Shown: piece by piece, positions 10,325-20,322 of the stretch
Position numbering within the stretch: position 1 is the stretch's first letter
How the letters are laid out: the number at the start of each line of letters is the position of its first letter
Assembly (NCBI GenBank): GCA_965226375.1
Contig: CBDDCX010000008.1
Location: 1,664,001-1,728,000, forward strand
DNA from: Longimicrobiales bacterium
GTDB taxonomy: Bacteria > Gemmatimonadota > Gemmatimonadetes > Longimicrobiales > Gaopeijiaceae
DNA length: 64,000 bases
Reading direction: 5' to 3'
Position numbers and translations under genes: made by a program
The notes under the pieces: model-generated
Database searches by the model: none
What the model was told of the DNA's origin: nothing
What the model saw: only the letters and a program-made list of their open reading frames with translations

Positions 10325-11772
10325 AGATCGATATCGACGCACCATTTCGGACACGAGTCAGACAGGCCCTGGCGGACCCAGACCTCCAGATCGCCCTCGA
10401 CCGAGCCACTGCGCAACTCGCAGAGCGACGCCTGACGGCGCTCGCCGCGGTCGATGCCGAGTTGATGCGCGACGAGGGTCGATCGGTCCGAGAACGGGCC
10501 CTCCGGCGTCTCCCGGATCTGCTCGAGGAGTTGGAGGCAAAACTCACTCGCAACGGCTGTACCGTGCACTGGGCCCGCGATGCGACCGAGGCGAGCGACA
10601 CCGTCGTTCAGATCGCCCGGCACTCCGGGGTGGAGCGCACGGTCAAATCCAAGTCCATGCTCACCGAAGAGATCGGGCTAAACACAGCGCTGGAAGAAGC
10701 CGGCATCGAGGTCGTCGAGACCGACCTGGGAGAGTACATCATCCAGCTCGACGACGAGCCGCCCAGTCACCTCGTGGCTCCGGTCATTCATAAGCGCGCC
10801 GAGGACGTGTCTCGAGTCTTCGAGCGAGAGCTGGGGATGGAGCCGACGCTAGATGCCGCGATCATGTGTGGCGTCGCTCGCCAGGAGCTGCGGCGGCGCT
10901 TCCTCGGAGCTCAGATGGGGATCAGCGGCTGCAACTTCGCCGTGGCCGAGAGCGGCACCATCTGCTTGATCACGAACGAAGGAAACGGGCGCATGGTCAC
11001 GAGCCTGCCCCCGGTCTATGTCGTCGTGGTCGGGATAGAGAAGGTCGTGGAGAACATCGAAGACGCGGTGCTGCTTTGGCAGGCGGCGACGAGGAACGCG
11101 ACGGGCCAGGAGGTCTCGGTCTACTTCTCTCTCACCAGTGGCCCCCGCCCCACCGGGCACGCCGACGGACCTCAGGAGATGCACGTGGTTCTGGTAGACA
11201 ACGGCCGCTCGGCTGTCCTTCTACGTGGGTACGCCGACGCACTCCTCTGCATACGCTGTGGGGCGTGTCTCGACGTGTGCCCTGTCTACCGGGAGATCGG
11301 CGGACATGCCTACGGTCGGACCGCCTATTCCGGGCCCATCGGTTCGATCCTGACTCCCTTGATGTCCGAAGCCCGGGGAGAGGACCCGACGGCAGGCACC
11401 GACCTCCCTTTCGCCAGCTCGCTCTGTGGAGCTTGTAAGGATGCCTGTCCGGTCAAGATCGACCTACCACGTATGCTTCTCGACCTCCGCGGCGATCTGG
11501 CTTCGCGGGGTGAGTCGAGCCTGGCGGCTCGCGCCTCGGTAAAGGCGCTGACGCTGCCACTACACGGTCCTGGCCGCTACCGGTTCGCCACCAAGGTTGC
11601 ACGCTTTTTCGGCCGGCTATTGGGTGCACGCGCAGGGCATGTGTCTGCGCTGCCTCCGCCCTTTGGTGCGTGGACCCGCACCCGGGACTTCCCGTTGCCG
11701 CCCAAGCGGACGTTCAGGGAGATGTGGAAGGCGGACAGGTCGGTACGCGACAGCGAGGGGGGGGCTGAATGA
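10321..11772 (+). CDS. lutB: L-lactate utilization Fe-S protein
   Basis: KSKSMLTEE, ETDLGEYI, TNEGNG, CIRCGACLDVCP, SLCGACKDACP. Confidence 0.92.
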   Translation: MKIDIDAPFRTRVRQALADPDLQIALDRATAQLAERRLTALAAVDAELMRDEGRSVRERALRRLPDLLEELEAKLTRNGCTVHWARDATEASDTVVQIARHSGVERTVKSKSMLTEEIGLNTALEEAGIEVVETDLGEYIIQLDDEPPSHLVAPVIHKRAEDVSRVFERELGMEPTLDAAIMCGVARQELRRRFLGAQMGISGCNFAVAESGTICLITNEGNGRMVTSLPPVYVVVVGIEKVVENIEDAVLLWQAATRNATGQEVSVYFSLTSGPRPTGHADGPQEMHVVLVDNGRSAVLLRGYADALLCIRCGACLDVCPVYREIGGHAYGRTAYSGPIGSILTPLMSEARGEDPTAGTDLPFASSLCGACKDACPVKIDLPRMLLDLRGDLASRGESSLAARASVKALTLPLHGPGRYRFATKVARFFGRLLGARAGHVSALPPPFGAWTRTRDFPLPPKRTFREMWKADRSVRDSEGGAE

Positions 11773-12578
11773 GCTATTCGTCCCAGTCCAGGAGCGAGAC
11801 CTCGTCTGAAGCTCGTGCGTGGATCCTGGCTCGGCTTCGAGAGGGCCTCCGTGATCCTTCAGCCGCGTTCAAAGTCGCCGCTTCACCAGACGCTCGTGAC
11901 GGGCCACCCCATCCGCTCACACATGCCGAGGGTGACTCCGGGGCACTGGCCGTGGCATTCGGGTCCAGCCTCGATGCGGTACTGGGAAGCCACGAAATCG
12001 TCCCGTCGGCAGACGACGCTGCTGAGCGCGTCGCGGCGCACATCGAGGCACTTCGCACAGCGAACTCGTCGGAGGGCCTTACGTTCACCCGCGCTCTCGC
12101 CTGGGCCCCAGACGCTCTGGCCGTTCCGGGTCTCACGGAGCGCCTGGCTCGCGATGGCATCGAGGTGCTCGTGCCCAACGATCTCCATGATGCGCGGGAG
12201 CGACGGGACGCCGCAGGCGTCGCGGTCGGCATCACCTCGACCGACGCCGCTCTGGCCAGCACCGGCACTCTGGTGATGGGCGCCGACGCCGGGCGGAGCC
12301 GGGCGGCCAGCCTGCTGCCGCTACATCACATCGTGCTGGTCCCGACAAGCCGACTTTACTCGACGGCCGAGGCCTGGATCGCGTCTCTCAGGAAGGACGA
12401 CCGATTGGATGAGACTCTGCTAGACGGGTCTCAACTCACCTTCATCACGGGACCCAGCAAGTCGGCTGACATCGAGCTGACACTGACCCTCGGTGTGCAT
12501 GGACCGCGCACGGTGCATGCCATCGTCTACCAGGATTTCGAGCCGCCCGAGCACGCAGGATTTTCGCCCTGGGCGTAG
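11769..12578 (+). CDS. lutC: L-lactate utilization protein (LUD domain)
   Basis: ITGPSKSADIELTLTLGVHGP motif. Confidence 0.9.
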   Translation: MSYSSQSRSETSSEARAWILARLREGLRDPSAAFKVAASPDARDGPPHPLTHAEGDSGALAVAFGSSLDAVLGSHEIVPSADDAAERVAAHIEALRTANSSEGLTFTRALAWAPDALAVPGLTERLARDGIEVLVPNDLHDARERRDAAGVAVGITSTDAALASTGTLVMGADAGRSRAASLLPLHHIVLVPTSRLYSTAEAWIASLRKDDRLDETLLDGSQLTFITGPSKSADIELTLTLGVHGPRTVHAIVYQDFEPPEHAGFSPWA

Positions 12579-12586
12579 TCGGACTA

Positions 12587-13060
12587 CTAACGACTCCACT
12601 CGGACGTAAAGCCGTCACAGCACGGATCGGAGAGCACCAGGTTGCCGGTCTCGGTGATCTCCACCCACTGCTCGGGGAAGCCGGTGAGTGATTCGTCGTA
12701 GAGCAACTGGGCGGAGCGCACCGCCGACCCGTTGTCCATCAGAGGGACGAACTCGAAGGTGGTCGTGCCTCGCGTAACCCCGTCCCGCAGCATCGTTACC
12801 TGATTCGGGGCGGTGAAAGTGACAGTCTGCGTGTACCCCTCGGTCTCGGGAGTCAGCGTGGTACCGGCAATCCCGCCGCTGGACGAAATCCACGACCAGG
12901 TCCCGAACAGGGCCTCCGGCAGTTCGTCCTCACCGAGACCGGTGGGATCGGAGCTACACGCGGCCGCCGCGAGTAGCACCGCGAGGAGGATCGGGAACAA
13001 CGAGGCCCGGCCTCGGACGCCTGTCCCCTTCCCTGAAACCCTGTTGCCGTTGCGACCCAT
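12587..13060 (-). CDS. Hypothetical lipoprotein
   Basis: Hydrophobic signal ending LAAAAC. GTWSWISSSGGIAG and DPCCDGF resemble small lipocalin-like lipoproteins. Confidence 0.55.
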   Translation of the reverse strand: MGRNGNRVSGKGTGVRGRASLFPILLAVLLAAAACSSDPTGLGEDELPEALFGTWSWISSSGGIAGTTLTPETEGYTQTVTFTAPNQVTMLRDGVTRGTTTFEFVPLMDNGSAVRSAQLLYDESLTGFPEQWVEITETGNLVLSDPCCDGFTSEWSR

Positions 13061-13448
13061 CACACGTCCCTTCCCGCCGGCAACGGCCGGCTCATCCAAG
13101 CGGTTCAGCACTCTCACTCACGGGCCCCTCCCCCGCTCCTGCGGATCCCGTTCAAATACACGGACCGAAGGGCGGGGTTCGACACCCCGACGTCGGGCCT
13201 CGGCACTTCCGTATGCGCTCCGACGTACCTTCTAAACGAGTGTTCGTACATGTTTGTGACAGTTCGTCGCCCCTATGAGAGGTTACACGGCAGATGGCGC
13301 TATCGGTGGTTCGGCCGGAGTGTAAGCCCGGGACCCGCGCAATGCGGGGCTTGCGCCGCGGCCTGCCAAGCCTTTCATGGAGAACCCTCATACCCGTTGC
13401 CTACAAGCACGTCTCATGATCGGAACACCTCCTAGAATGTCACCTCGA

Positions 13449-14393
13449 ATGCCGGATCGAATACAGCCCGCCTCGAGAATCGGCGTTGCCTGCGCCGTGG
13501 CGATTCTCCTGACGCCCATCCTCCCAAATGGCTCAACGATGGCCCAGGACGCTCCGCCCCAAACGGACATCTATGTGGCCGACCTCTCGGTGTTCGACGG
13601 GCTCTACTTTCTCGGAGAAGTACGGAACGTCACCAATCGCCCGGAGGCCTACGACAACCAGCCCCAGTTCGCTCCCGATGGCCGCTCAATCCTCTACACG
13701 GCGGCGTATGACGATGGGGACGATGGGCAGACTGAAATTCATCGCTACTACCTGTCGTCCGGGCGCACTACCCGCATCACGAGAACTACGGAGAGCGAGT
13801 ATTCGCCGACGCCGATTCCTGGCGACCGCTCGTTCTCCGTCATCCAGGTCGAGGCCGATTCGACCCAGCGCTTGTGGCGCTTCACCATGGAGGGAATGGA
13901 CGCTGAAGTGATCCTGCGTAACGTGGCCCCGGTGGGGTATCACGCTTGGGGCAATGAGCAAAGCATCGTGTTGTTCGTCCTGGGAAATCCACCGACACTG
14001 CAGGTGGCAGACGTGGCCACTGGAGTATCCGAGGTGGTGGCCGACAGCATTGGTAGATCATTGCACAAGATCCCGAATCGAAACGCCTGGAGCTTCGTCG
14101 AACGGATCTCGCCCGAGGAGTCATGGATTAGCGAGCTCAACATCGGGACCCACGAAATCGTTCGCCTGATCCAGACTCGGGATGGTGGTGACTTCCACGC
14201 CTGGACGCCGGAGGGGGTGCTCTTCACGGCCTCCGGTGGCCAGCTACTACAGTGGGATCCGGAGATGGACACCGGATGGCGTGTCATGGCGAATCTCGGG
14301 CACATGAATCTGACCTTCAGCCGCATCGCCGTGAGTCCCGACGGTACGCAGATCGCTCTAGTCGGCATCCGGAATCCCGAGAACGAGCCGTAG
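13449..14393 (+). CDS. TolB-like beta-propeller protein (PD40 repeats)
   Basis: Signal peptide, YDNQPQFAPDG, ESEYSPT, IAVSPDG repeats. Confidence 0.75.
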   Translation: MPDRIQPASRIGVACAVAILLTPILPNGSTMAQDAPPQTDIYVADLSVFDGLYFLGEVRNVTNRPEAYDNQPQFAPDGRSILYTAAYDDGDDGQTEIHRYYLSSGRTTRITRTTESEYSPTPIPGDRSFSVIQVEADSTQRLWRFTMEGMDAEVILRNVAPVGYHAWGNEQSIVLFVLGNPPTLQVADVATGVSEVVADSIGRSLHKIPNRNAWSFVERISPEESWISELNIGTHEIVRLIQTRDGGDFHAWTPEGVLFTASGGQLLQWDPEMDTGWRVMANLGHMNLTFSRIAVSPDGTQIALVGIRNPENEP

Positions 14394-14492
14394 GGGGCGA
14401 GTCGGGCCGTTCTTCCGACCCGTTCCGATTCCGGGAGAAGACGTCCCGGAGGCGGGCACCGATCGGCCAGCATGACTACGGCATACTCCGAC

Positions 14493-16160
14493 CTAACGTA
14501 TTGTGAGGAACCTACTTAGGTCGACACGGGAGTCGTGGCACGAAGCTTCCCCATGGCCCTCGAGGACCAGTCGACCGGTCAGAATCTCGGCGTCGTCGAA
14601 ACGAGCGCTAGAGACCGTTTCAGTGACGGCGTCTTTGACGATCAGGCCCGACAACAAGAGCATGACACACGACAGCGTGACTTCGATCGCGATGATCGCC
14701 GGAAACAGAGATCCTCCCGTCAACGATGCCAACCCACGGCCTTGCGGCTTGAGCGCATCCGAAAGCTCGACCTTGGACGCACGGAATGCCAGAAGAAGGC
14801 CGGCCACCACCACGGCACCTCCGGCGAGGAGTCCTGCGAACCAGAAGGAGGACGGACCGAGCTCCACCGTCACCCAAAAGGGGGCGTTGGCCACCTTGAA
14901 CTGCGAACGGATGAGCGTCAACGCTGCGGAGGCCAAACCGAGGCCCAGGCCGACGCCACATGCCGCTAGAATCACGGCTTCATAGACGAGCTGGGACATC
15001 ACACGAGATCGACTGCCCCCGATTGCCATGCGCACCGAAGTCTCGCTCGCCCGCGAGGCACCACGCGCCAGCATGATGCTCGCCACGTTGGCTGCAGCGA
15101 TGATCGTGAGAATGATCGAGAGCCAGATGATCTTCTCGAAGATCCCTGCATCTCCCGCATAGAACGCACCCACATATTCCCGCACGCGGATCATCGGATC
15201 ATCGAGGTCTTTCAACGGCTCATCGGGCGATCGGCCGGTCAAGGCGAGGAGCTCTTCTTCGACCCGCTCCGGCAACGCACCCTCCGGGACGCGCCCGACC
15301 ATACTCACCGCGTTGTTACGGCCCGGGCGTAGATCGAAGCTCATCCAAAGCTCTTGTCGCAACGGAAATGCAAAGTCGGCGGGCAGCACACCGACCACGG
15401 TGTGGGTCACGCCGTCGATCCTCAGCGTGCCACCGAGAATGCTCGGGTCCCGATCGAACCGATCCTCCCAGATATCCTCACCGAGCACAGCCAGGGGTGG
15501 TCCCGCCGCCGCCGCATCCGCCCGGGTGAACACCCGACCGGCTACCGCGCGGGCATCCATGATCTGGAAGATTTCGGCAGACACATAAGCCGCCCGATAC
15601 CGGGCGGGAGCCCCTTCGGAACTGCTGACAGCCACATAGTCCGAACGGTACGCTCCGAGAGCAGTCAACCCCGAACCGAGTCCCGAAGCACGATCGCGTA
15701 ACAGTGCAAAGGTGGAATGCGGCAGGCTGTACGTCCGCCCGGTCGACCGATCCGACAAACCGACATCCACGACGACCTCCCCGTCGTGAGTGGGCAATGG
15801 CCGCAGGATCGCCCCAGCGAACGCGAACATAGTGCTCGGAGCGCCGATCCCAATCGCCAACGTCACCACGGCGACCAAGCTCGAGACGGGAGACCTCCGG
15901 ACCGACCGCCACGCGAAGCGCAGGTCGTGTGTGGTCAGTACTTGAGTGAAGGCAGCCGCCGCCCCCTTTGCGAAGAGACGTGGGACCAACGACAGGGTCT
16001 GCCGCCAATACCAGATCCTGGCTCCTCGCGGGCCCATTGCATCGAAACGATCCATAAAGCGCTCGTGCAGGTCGCCGAGTAGCTCTCCCTGGTCCGCCGG
16101 CGGAACCAGATGCTCGATCAGCCGAGCGGCGACTCGAGGAGGAGTTGGCACCCTCATCAT
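14493..16160 (-). pseudogene. ADOP/MacB-FtsX-type ABC permease, C-terminally truncated
   Basis: GDLHE...WYWRQ prefix, DLRFAWRS, MacB periplasmic and FtsX domains. Homology appears to stop at ILTGRLVL at the start of the second repeat. Confidence 0.7.
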
Positions 16161-16480
16161 CCGAGCTCCTCCACGATGCCGGTCCACATATTCATCAGCC
16201 CATCTCGGGCCTCACGGAGCTTCGCTCGCCCGAGATCGGTCACGCGGAAGTATCGGCGAGGCCTCCCTGCCCGTCGCTCCGTAGGTTCACCCTTGCGACT
16301 CTCCATCCACCCCTTTTCTTCGAGCCGCTTGAGGGTCAGGTACGCGGCGGCCTGCGAAACGTCGCGCTCCGTTCGAGCCTCGATCTCCCGCAGGATCGAA
16401 ACGCCGTACGCCTCGTCGCCCAGACGCATTGTCGCCAGTAGAATCAGGTGCTCGAACTCCCCCATGAGATGTCTCGGCAC
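16157..16480 (-). CDS. PadR-family transcriptional regulator
   Basis: GEFEHLILLA, AYGVSI, YLTLKRLEEKG, GRPRRYF. Overlaps the permease start. Confidence 0.92.
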   Translation of the reverse strand: MPRHLMGEFEHLILLATMRLGDEAYGVSILREIEARTERDVSQAAAYLTLKRLEEKGWMESRKGEPTERRAGRPRRYFRVTDLGRAKLREARDGLMNMWTGIVEELG

Positions 16481-16490
16481 GCCCGCTCCT

Positions 16491-16538
16491 CAGGTTAGGT
16501 ATACAATTATTAGTATACAAACCTGGGTATACTGTCAA
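16491..16538 (-). promoter_or_regulatory. padR promoter (TTGACA -35) with three GTATAC operator-like sites
   Basis: GTATAC at 16499, 16513 and 16527. Minus-strand TTGACA at 16538-16533 followed by TATACT/TACTAA. Confidence 0.65.
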
Positions 16539-17713
16539 CCGAGCGACTCGCCCGTCCCCACACTCTCCTTCAGAGCGCGAGCGGCGGCGGCGTATCCTCC
16601 CCCCGCCGCGTCCACGAAGTGGAAGTGAGCGCTCTGGCGATGCTCGATCAGGCATGTCATGAGCGCCGAGCGGGCGACGTGGATTCCATAAGCCAGCTGT
16701 CCCCGTCGACGGAGGCCACTCAGATACTCCTCCAACTCCCGTCGTTGCTCCGTGCTCCCGGCCAAGACCAACCGTAGAGACCCGTCGAACTTCCGGAAAT
16801 CGGTGTTGGAACCGAGGTCGGTCTTATAGGTACCCCAATCAACGTCGCGGCTTCGCACCCCGAACCGGAGCAGGAACCAGCCCAAAATGATCTGGGCTCG
16901 TAGACGCGTCCCGTGGCCAAGGCGCACGGGCAGGCTATCCCTCCATCTCTTCAGACGGGCCTCGTTGCTCAGAATCCTCCGGCTCAACGTGACCCGAAGG
17001 CCGCCTTCGGTCACCGGCCTGCATCGGTCCGCGTCTCCGTAGATCGCCCGTATCCGCTGCATGATGGGTCCGTACGCCTCCAGCGTCCTGCCGGATTCGG
17101 TCACGGCATCGATGATGACGGCCACGGTCTCGCCACGAGGACTGGGGATCTCTCCCCACCTGCATTCGAGACCAGCGTAGTCCGCGTCGGCCGACGGATC
17201 AGGGGCGATCAGGAACGGAGCGGGTAGCACGCCCGCCTTGAGGCTTCGCTCCGCGACCTCCGCTCCGCCTCCGTGGAGGGCGCACTGTACGTAGTGCGGG
17301 GAAACGCGGTGGCGGGCCACGAGCACATCATGCCCCGACGCTCTTACGTGTGCCACCAGTACGATCGCCGCCCGTAACTCCAATCCGAAACTCTCTCGGG
17401 CCATGGCGGTTGTGGCCGACAGCGCCCGGGCGACATCCGGAGTGGCACGGCCTGGAATGCACAGCAGCGCTCCGTCACCACCGAAGATGTAGGGGATCTC
17501 GACCGGCCTCAGCACGTTTACGGCGGCAGCGATGACAGACACACCCACCGTGTTCACCGCCTTGTACTCGCCCGCCTCGATCGCCCCGGTGGAGTCGACT
17601 ACGTCCGCCACCACCAGAGACCAATCGTCCGGGAGCGGCGTGTAGCTCTCCGAACGGACGAGGGCCTCGAAGTCGTCGACCGGATCGATGGCGCTGTAGA
17701 ACGAATCTGACAT
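16535..17713 (-). CDS. DUF3095 family protein (nucleotide-cyclase-like fold)
   Basis: ADVVDSTGAI..G.YK.VN, FGGDGA, GLECRW, DFRKFD, HFHFVD..GGGYA.AA. Confidence 0.8.
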   Translation of the reverse strand: MSDSFYSAIDPVDDFEALVRSESYTPLPDDWSLVVADVVDSTGAIEAGEYKAVNTVGVSVIAAAVNVLRPVEIPYIFGGDGALLCIPGRATPDVARALSATTAMARESFGLELRAAIVLVAHVRASGHDVLVARHRVSPHYVQCALHGGGAEVAERSLKAGVLPAPFLIAPDPSADADYAGLECRWGEIPSPRGETVAVIIDAVTESGRTLEAYGPIMQRIRAIYGDADRCRPVTEGGLRVTLSRRILSNEARLKRWRDSLPVRLGHGTRLRAQIILGWFLLRFGVRSRDVDWGTYKTDLGSNTDFRKFDGSLRLVLAGSTEQRRELEEYLSGLRRRGQLAYGIHVARSALMTCLIEHRQSAHFHFVDAAGGGYAAAARALKESVGTGESLG

Positions 17714-17896
17714 GGTGTGCGGGTCCCGGCGAAGGGTTTCCAATCACAGTTGACTCCTCATGACGACCTGATGCAAGTGACGTCGCCTGACCCTACCCGT
17801 CGCACTCTCCTACGGGCGTCACCGGCTCATTGCCCTGCACGTTCCCATCCCCTACGCTGCAGGTCTTCAACTGCAGGTACGACCTCCGGAGGTTCC

Positions 17897-19603
17897 ATGT
17901 TCTCGATTTCCATGACACCAAGACTATTGAGGTGCGGCGCGTTCGTAGCCGCTTTGGCCGTTGTGACGGCGTGTGAGTCCGGCGATGAAGCCGACCTCGT
18001 GCTCAGGAACGGCAATATCGTGACGATGGACGATGCGAACCCCGAAGCTCAGGCGCTCGCGGCCAAGGACGGCCGCATTGTCGCGCTCGGGAGCGACTCG
18101 GACATCGAGCAATACATCGGGTCGGACACTGAAGTGATCGATCTCGACGGTATGACCGCCATCCCGGGGCTCATCGAAGGGCACGCGCACTTCATGGGGG
18201 TCGGGAATGCCAACCTACAGCTCAACCTCATGAATGTGGCCAACTGGGACGAGATCGTGGCTATGGTGGAGGAAGCAGTCGCCCAGGCCGAGCCCGGAGA
18301 GCTCATTCGCGGCCGTGGATGGCATCAGGAGAAGTGGGACGTGGTTCCCGAGCCGAACGTCGACGGTCTCCCCTTCCACGAGTCCCTGAGTGCCGTTTCG
18401 CCCGACAATCCGGTGATCCTCAGGCACGCGAGTGGCCACGCCACCTACGCCAACGCGAAGGCCATGGAGATGTCGGGCATCGACGCCAGCACGCGAGATC
18501 CGGCCGCTGGCGAGCTGGTCCGGGACGCGCAAGGCAACCCCATTGGGGCGTTCCGCGAGAGCGCCGCTCGCCTGCTCGGGCCCGCGCAGCAGGGATCCGC
18601 GCCCGCCGATCCCCGGCGAGTGGTGGAGCTGGCCCAGGACGAGGCCCTGGCCAAAGGACTCACCTCGTTTCAGGACGCCGGCTCAGGCTTTAGCACCATC
18701 GACGTCTTTCGTGAGATGGCCGAGGACGGGAGTCTCAAGATCCGTCTATGGGTGATGATACGGGCGTCTAACGCCGAGTTGGCTGAAAAACTGCCCGACT
18801 ACAAGATCATCGGTGCCGGCGACGACCGGCTCACGGTGCGCTCCATCAAGCGCAGCATCGACGGCGCGTTGGGCTCACACGGTGCCTGGCTCCTCGAGCC
18901 GTATGACGATCTTCCGGAGAGCAGTGGACTCCCCAACGACGTGGAGGGCATCTACGAGACCGCCCAACTCGCGATGGAACACGGTTTCCAGTTGGGTGTC
19001 CACGCCATCGGCGACCGGGGAAACCGCGTGGTGTTCGACATCTTCCAGGAACAGTTCGAGGAAAATCCCGACCAGGAAGACCTGCGGTGGCGCATCGAGC
19101 ATGCGCAACATCTGCACCCGGACGACATCCCGCGCTTTGGAGGTATGGGCGTGATCGCGTCGATGCAGGGGGTCCACGCCACATCGGATGGCCCCTGGCT
19201 CACCGAGCGGCTTGGCGAAGAACGTGCCGAGTGGGGTGCCTACGTGTGGCAGGACATCATGGCCGCCGGTGGTGTGATCTCCAACGGGACCGACGCCCCG
19301 GTCGAGGACGTGGATCCGTTGGCGAGCTTTTACGCTACGGTGTCGCGCAGGATGAACAACGGCGAGGTCTTCTATCCCGACCAGCGGATGAGCCGTCTCG
19401 AGGCCCTCAAGTCGTACACCATCAACGTGGCTTATGCGGGTCACGAGGAGGACATCAAGGGTTCGCTGGAGGTGGGCAAGCTCGCGGACGTCACCGTGCT
19501 CACCAAAGACATCATGACCATTCCCGAGAACGAGATCCCGTCTACCGAGATCGCCTACACGATCGTGGGTGGGGAGATCATGTACACCGGCGGGACCAAC
19601 TGA
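17897..19603 (+). CDS. YtcJ-like amidohydrolase (Amidohydro_3), probable lipoprotein
   Basis: PGLIEGHAH, DGALGSHGA, HAIGDRGN, RIEHAQ, GTDAPVE. Lipobox VVTAC. Confidence 0.88.
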   Translation: MFSISMTPRLLRCGAFVAALAVVTACESGDEADLVLRNGNIVTMDDANPEAQALAAKDGRIVALGSDSDIEQYIGSDTEVIDLDGMTAIPGLIEGHAHFMGVGNANLQLNLMNVANWDEIVAMVEEAVAQAEPGELIRGRGWHQEKWDVVPEPNVDGLPFHESLSAVSPDNPVILRHASGHATYANAKAMEMSGIDASTRDPAAGELVRDAQGNPIGAFRESAARLLGPAQQGSAPADPRRVVELAQDEALAKGLTSFQDAGSGFSTIDVFREMAEDGSLKIRLWVMIRASNAELAEKLPDYKIIGAGDDRLTVRSIKRSIDGALGSHGAWLLEPYDDLPESSGLPNDVEGIYETAQLAMEHGFQLGVHAIGDRGNRVVFDIFQEQFEENPDQEDLRWRIEHAQHLHPDDIPRFGGMGVIASMQGVHATSDGPWLTERLGEERAEWGAYVWQDIMAAGGVISNGTDAPVEDVDPLASFYATVSRRMNNGEVFYPDQRMSRLEALKSYTINVAYAGHEEDIKGSLEVGKLADVTVLTKDIMTIPENEIPSTEIAYTIVGGEIMYTGGTN

Positions 19604-19610
19604 TCGGAGG

Positions 19611-20303
19611 GTGTCGGACCAACCGCTTGATTTCGAGCTGGTCGCGTTCGACGTGGCCGGCACCACTCTGCAGGTGAGCGACGAGGTCCCCGAGGCCTTC
19701 CGATACGCGTTCTCCACCGTGGACCTGGACGTCAGCGACGTCCAGGTCCACGCCGTTCGGGGCACGTCCAAACGGCAAGCCATCAAGCACCTGGTCGCGA
19801 CGCTGATGCTGGGGCTCGAAGAGGGCGAGCTCGCGACCACCAGTGCCGCCGTCTTCGCGTCGTTCAAGGCTCGGCTTCTGGACAGCTACGGCACGGCCGA
19901 GGTGCGCCCCATCGCCGGAGCCGCAAAAACCTTCGAGTGGCTGCGAGACCGAGGGCTCGCCATCGCCCTGACCACGGGGTTCGACCGGGAGCTGACCGAG
20001 CTTCTCCTGGCACGCGTCGGGTGGACCGATACCTTGGACGCCGTAATCTGCGATGACGATGTGGAGCGCGGTCGACCGGCTCCCGATTTGATTCTCGAGG
20101 CCATGCACAGAACGATGACCAGGGAAGTGGCGCTCGTGGTGGCGGTCGGTGACACGACCGCAGACCTGCACGCGGCGCGGAACGCCGGAGTGGGTTGCGC
20201 CGTGGGAGTGTTCTCTGGAGCCCATACGGAAGCGATGCTTCGGCAGGCGCCACACGATGTGATCATCGCATCCATTGCCGACCTGCCCTCGGTGCTCTCT
20301 TGA
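19611..20303 (+). CDS. HAD-family phosphonatase-like hydrolase
   Basis: FDVAGTT motif I (DxA as in PhnX), ALTTGF, GRPAPD, VGDTTAD. Confidence 0.78.
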   Translation: MSDQPLDFELVAFDVAGTTLQVSDEVPEAFRYAFSTVDLDVSDVQVHAVRGTSKRQAIKHLVATLMLGLEEGELATTSAAVFASFKARLLDSYGTAEVRPIAGAAKTFEWLRDRGLAIALTTGFDRELTELLLARVGWTDTLDAVICDDDVERGRPAPDLILEAMHRTMTREVALVVAVGDTTADLHAARNAGVGCAVGVFSGAHTEAMLRQAPHDVIIASIADLPSVLS

Positions 20304-20322
20304 CGACACGACGCAGGTAGCC

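Noticed and set aside
13173..13189. tRNA or tmRNA (CGGGG-TTCGACA-CCCCG looks like a T-arm)
   Set aside because: No acceptor stem, D-arm, anticodon arm or CCA end could be built around it
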